64,000 nucleotides of DNA from Cyanophora paradoxa CCMP329 (Eukaryota > Plantae > Glaucophyta), in NCBI GenBank assembly GCA_004431415.1, contig QPMI01000027.1, forward strand, positions 44,153-108,152, in the 5' to 3' direction. This document shows positions 59,403 to 64,000 of the stretch, one piece after another. Within the stretch, counting starts at the first letter, position 1, and each line of letters begins with the position of its first letter. The translations under genes and the position numbers were made by a program. A model generated the notes under the pieces. That model did not search any database and had not been told where the DNA came from. It saw only the letters and a list, made by a program, of their open reading frames with translations.

Positions 59403-62400
59403 TTACACACTGGCACGCGCATCCCGTTCGCGAAGTCCACACTGTGACATCCGACAATCACACGCGCCTGTGAATGAGAGCATAGCAGTCGGAGAAAACG
59501 TTGTAAACCTCTGGAAGCTTGGCGCCATGCCTGCCCTTGCCTGCTTAGCCTGGCGCTCTACTGCGTCGTCGAGCATGTCTTCCTCCCACGTGATGTAGCG
59601 TCGCTTTCGGCTGCCCATTTGCCCTCCGTCCGCGTCGGAGAAAGCGCGTCTCACTCCGAGGTACTTCTCCAGCAGGTACTTGATGACTTGCCAAGACTGC
59701 TGCGAGAGCCGCTTCTTCTCACCGTCCGCTGCATCGAAGCGGGGCGCGCGCTCGTCCAGACTCTGCAGAGCCGCGTACGCCTCCCGACCCTCCGGCGACG
59801 CCAGGGCCGCGTAGGCTTCGTCCGACCACAGAGCACGCCCCGCGAGCTTTCCATACCCCGCCAGCCGAAGAGTTTCTTGAACAGCGCGACGACCTTCGAT
59901 ACCTTGAGGCGCTCAGCAGTAGGCACGATCTCGGCAACGTCCGCGCCATGCTTCAGCACCAGCGTGACCACGGCAGTGAGCGGGATGGAGTAGAACGAAT
60001 CCCACATCCAGGCGACGTCTCCTTCGGTCAGCTCGCTCGGATCCTTGGCCAGGAACGCGGCGATCGACGTGCGAGCAAGCGAAGCAACCTTCTCGATGTC
60101 CAGCTTAGCGAGAGACTCGCGGGACTGCCTCCAGGCCAGCACCGTGCTCCACAGATCGACGGGCTCCAGCGCGCCCGCCTCCAGCACGCTCCTGATCTCG
60201 CGCAGCCGCTGCTCCTTCTCCTGCTTCGGTCCGCTCGGGTTTTGATCCTCCGTGACTTGCACGTTCATCAGCGCGCAGGTCGACATCAGCCGCAGGCGCG
60301 CTGCCACTGCGAGGCGCCGAGTGGGCATGCCGGCGCGGCGGCTCCCGCGGTGGCTAGCCTTCAGGTCCAGGTAGCGCTGCATGTCGTCCGAGCTCTCGTC
60401 GTCGTCGCTCTCACGCCAGTGCGCAGCCGCCGCGCCGACCGCAACCGAGGCGTCCGGTTCTTGCGCACGGCGACGAGCAGGTGCTCCCGTCGGGCGTGCT
60501 GCGTTTGCGCAGCCTTCTGACTCGAAACAGCAGCTGCACGATGTCGTCCGCCTCCAGCTGCGCGGCTCCGCCTGGAACACGCCGTAGACCTTGTCAAAGT
60601 GCGCGTCCGAAAAGTCCACGCCTGCCCGAGCGCGGAAGTTGCGATGAGCACGTCGCAGGCCTTGTACGCGCCCTCCTCAGACACATCGATCGACACGATG
60701 CGCACTGGGCCTCGTTCGTGAAGCGCACGCTCTTCTCCTTGGCCTGCCCAACGATGAGCCGATCGTGAACGGTGCGCCGCTGCCGTCCTCGGGCCCTGCC
60801 TCGAGCTGAGTCACGTACTGAGCGCCGCCCAGGCTGAGCTGCTCCAGCGCCTGCTTCGCAATCTTCTCCTGCAGCTCGATCGCCTTGGCCGGCGTCTCCG
60901 CGATGATCATGGCCCGCGAGCGCCCAGGTCGGCACTGCACCATGATGTCCGCCTCGACGTGCGCCGGGCTGTCTGACACGCGCATCTTCCAGTCGCAGGT
61001 GCGATGCGAGTTGTACAGGAGCCCCAGGCGCGCCCCGACCTCCTGCGCCGACTCTGCCAGGTACGCGAGATCGACCGACCGAACGAAGCCGTCCATCGCC
61101 ACGATGCGCGATGCCTTCATCACGCCGCGCCATAGGCCCACGCAGCGCGCGTTTCGAGGCACTGACCGCATACCTAGGTGCAGGCCGGTGGGCTCGAGGG
61201 TGCCGCTCGAGGTGAGGTGCTTCGTGAGGGAGGAGAGCTCGTCCAGCACGACAGTAGCGGCGCCGTCGACCAGCCCTCCCAGTCCTCGAGCACCTTGTGC
61301 AGCGAGTCCCATGTGATGACGACGCACCTGCACTCCTCATGGCGGAAGCCCACTTGCCATGCGATCCCTTTGAGCTCTCCGGTGGCTTCTTGATGTCCAT
61401 GTAAAGCACGGCGTCCTTTGACAACTCCGCAGCATCAATGCGACGCTTGAGGTCGCGGGAGAAGGCCCGGCGGCAAGTCACGAGGATCACTCGCCAGCCG
61501 CCTGCGAGGGCCGGGTCCAGGTACGCATCGATCAGCGCCTGCGTCTTCCCGTGTTGAGTCCCGAGCAGATGACGTCGACCTGCGGCTGAGCGGATCTCGG
61601 GTTCTGCTCCAGCGCCCCGAATGCGGAGGTAAGGATCTTGCACGAGAGGTGGCGTTCATCCACTGCATTGACGCAAGCCTCCAGGCCCGTCGACTCGAGC
61701 GCGATCAGGAGGGAGGGGAGGGCAATGTCGAAGGCGACAGGCTGCGAGGGATCGGTCACATAGCGGGTCTGTGCCACGCTGCCCGACTCCCCTCCGGTCC
61801 CTCCCCCTCGAGCTCGACTTCAATACCGTGCGCCTGGATGGAGATTCGAGCCGCCGGCGCCCCGGCTGACTCCCGCCCAGGACGAGGGTGATGGACCCGT
61901 CGGGCTCGACTCCAAGGTGCTGAACGCGGCGGGCGTCGTGCAGGCCAAGGTCCGCGCGCAGCTCTGCCCCGCCTTCCAGATCTCGTCCCTCACCGCCTTG
62001 TTCTTGCGCAGGCGGTCCAGGAGCCGCTCCAAGGCCGGCAGGCTTGGGCTCGAATCCAGGAGAGCGCCCGGCTCCGGGATGGGCTTAGCGCGGGGCGCCG
62101 AGCTTCTGGATGGAGTGGGGAGGAGCTCCGCTCGCGGCCCGGGCGCCGGCCCCGCAGAACGTAGCCCCCGTGCCATCCACACCGAGCTCCAGGCCGCTCG
62201 AGCTCCCAAAGAACCATGCCATGAGATCGCAAGCCTCCGGGCTCTGTAGGACGTAGGCAGCCTTGAATCCATTATCCAAGGGCGAGAGAAAGTGAAGCCT
62301 CCGAACTTGGTTGCAAAGGCGCAGGCTGCCGCGGTGCTCGTCTCATCCTCGGCACCCGAGAAGTGGCTGGGGGTGATGCAGGGCGGGTGGAAGACGCAGA

Positions 62401-62561
62401 AAGCCGTCCCCAGGGTCGGGCTGCAGGCCTTCTGGACTTCGACGAGAGGGAATCGAACGAAAAAGCTGCACTCCTGCTCGCTCAGATCTATCTGCTGTAC
62501 CCCGGCCCGGGCATACGGGCCAGGAAGGCGTCGACGTCGAGAGACACGCGTCCGTTGCCAT
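59403..62561 (-). CDS. Origin-binding-protein (herpes UL9-like) SF2 helicase, intronless, ~1000 aa, many 1-bp frameshifts
   Basis: Motifs in the correct order across frames: SGLNTGKT (I), VILVTCRRAFSRDL (Ia), VVITWDSLHKV, VVLDE (II), IVAMDG (III), DVLIATSALG.GVDF..HFDKVYG (V), DIVQLLFRVR (VI). Confidence 0.85.
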
Positions 62562-62651
62562 GGTCGTCTCTCTATAGCTAGGCTTGGAAAATTCTAGATC
62601 TACTAGGCTAGTCAACGTCTGTTGGCTAGCTATAGTCGACGTCTGGACTGC

Positions 62652-62787
62652 TGTCTCGACCTTCTGAGATATTAATTTAAAGATCTGGGAGGGTCGGGAC
62701 AGGCTCTGGTCCGTCTGGATCCGGACTGCTCAGCGGCTGTCTCGACCTTCTGAGATATTAATTTAAAGATCTGGGAGGGTCGGGACA
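62652..62787 (+). repeat. Two further copies of the origin-like palindrome
   Basis: TGTCTCGACCTTCTGAGATATTAATTTAAAGATCTGGGAGGGTCGGGACA at 62652 and 62738. Confidence 0.92.
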
Positions 62788-63389
62788 GGCTTTGGTCCGA
62801 CCTTAAGCGCTCAACTAGACCCGGTTGACACCGTCTTGATCTCTCCTTCTTGGCGCAGCGGACGATGTGACGCGCAGACCGTCGGCCCGGCGGACGGGGA
62901 GGCGCGCGCGTAGAACTTCGGAAGCGCTAGCCCCTTGCTTGACCGAAGCTTAGAAAGTTTTGAGCGCACGTGAATGCGACACGTGTAGAGAGAAGGCAGA
63001 GCGCGCCGGAGCTAGCTTGCGCGGCCGAGCGCTCGACCGCCTTTGCTCCTAAGCTCAGAAAGTTTTGGGCTCACGCGGTTGCTCCACGTGTTTCGACTCA
63101 AAACACAGTACCCCAACCCGAAAAAAAGCGCCCGGGCAGCGCATCTCGCAGCGCCCGGGCCCAGCGCTCCTTGCAGCACTTGCCAGAGGCACTAGCTTGC
63201 ATTCCGCTCAGCCCGGAGAGCCGCCGCCTCGCTCCTTTCGATTCGGAGGTGCGCCTCACTTCGCAACCTCTTTCTCCGCACCACGGCTAGCTCCGGACCT
63301 CAGATTTTGGGCGCTGGAAAGCTCTCTCGACGCCGCACTCACGCCGCCACGCGCAGGGTCGCTCGCGCCGGCCGGACCTTCGAAAGCTC

Positions 63390-64000
63390 GATGGCGCCCG
63401 AGCCGGAGCACTCCGCCGCATCCCGCAGGTGCCAGCTCGCTCTCTTGCCGCTCTATCCCTTGCATTTAGCACCTAGAACATGCCCCGCAACCTCGCGCTC
63501 GATTCGCCCGCGTCCGCTGACATTTGGTCTCTGAGCAGGTGCCGAGATTGGCCGCCGCGCCTTCCGCAACTCGAGCCGACGTTCGCGGCGACTTGCGCAC
63601 GCTTCTAGATCTCGTTCTCAAGCCCGCGCATCGATTCGGCGGCTCCGGCTCGCCTCCCCGCGCCTCCAGCCCGCGCCCCACACCCGTTCTTGTCCTAGCT
63701 AAGCCCTCCCTTGTCCGCGGCCAGTCGCGGGCTACGCGCATCGCGGATAGCATCAGTGGAGCTACGTTTCAGCGCTGGACGCAGGCCCCCCCCCTCTCCA
63801 CCCCCGCTCGCAGCACGCTCACTGGGCCGCAGGCAGCTTCGCGGGGAGCCGCTGGATTCGAAGCCGCGCACCTTCCCCGCCCGTCCCGACGTCGTACGCG
63901 CTAACGTCGCCCGCGCCGCAGGTGGCCGCCAGGCTCCTGCATCCAGGCCTTCGAGCCGGTGTGGCTGCGGAGAAGCGCCTCGCCTTCTGGCAGGAGACGG
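63390..64000 (+). CDS. Possible 5' exons of a spliced host gene running off the window
   Basis: Typical intron 3' end CTAAC..CCGCAG near 63920 followed by VAARLLHPGLRAGVAAEKRLAFWQET. Start uncertain. Confidence 0.3.

Noticed and set aside
35240-62561. Idea that the TOPRIM module and the OBP helicase are two halves of one split CyRepA1-like gene
   Set aside because: They lie about 20 kb apart; one is intron-rich and old, the other intronless within a separate island. Nothing in the sequence links them.
58062-62561. Programmed frameshifting or RNA editing to explain the broken viral-like ORFs
   Set aside because: The same 1-bp losses affect the non-coding foldback arm and repeat units, so consensus error or decay is the simpler explanation.

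Overview
Nuclear DNA from a GC-rich, intron-dense eukaryote. Introns are short, many have GC-AG boundaries and CTGAC branch points; the style fits an alga or protist such as a glaucophyte, which is inference only. The ORF track is largely uninformative, so genes were rebuilt by hand from spliced exons. Host genes: two tandem P2C (Na+/K+-type) ATPase alpha genes with altered ion-binding residues, a RING-TRAF-TM gene, SPO11-2, RPL7A and a MAP10-like gene. The most striking gene is an ~11.7 kb minus-strand model (37436->25698). It appears to fuse a cyanobacterial plasmid-type (CyRepA1-like) zinc-finger/primase-TOPRIM module to a helicase-less Dicer core (platform-PAZ-RNase IIIa-RNase IIIb), and the RNase IIIb domain lacks both catalytic glutamates. 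It sits head-to-head with SPO11-2, and a 3.8 kb tandem duplication spans their shared promoter. The right end (56.5-62.8 kb) is an intronless virus/plasmid-like island: a UL9/origin-binding-protein-type SF2 helicase bracketed by origin-like palindromes, a YqaJ exonuclease and two tandem paralogous orphan genes. Mobile DNA includes two hAT elements (one carrying a cargo ORF), two Tc1/mariner MITEs with nearby excision-footprint arrays, Helentron/Helitron2-like elements (one inserted into a copy of itself), a 5.3 kb foldback element and a LINE/SINE-like 3' end. Single-base deletions at about 39.5-40.6 kb and beyond 53.9 kb look like long-read consensus errors.
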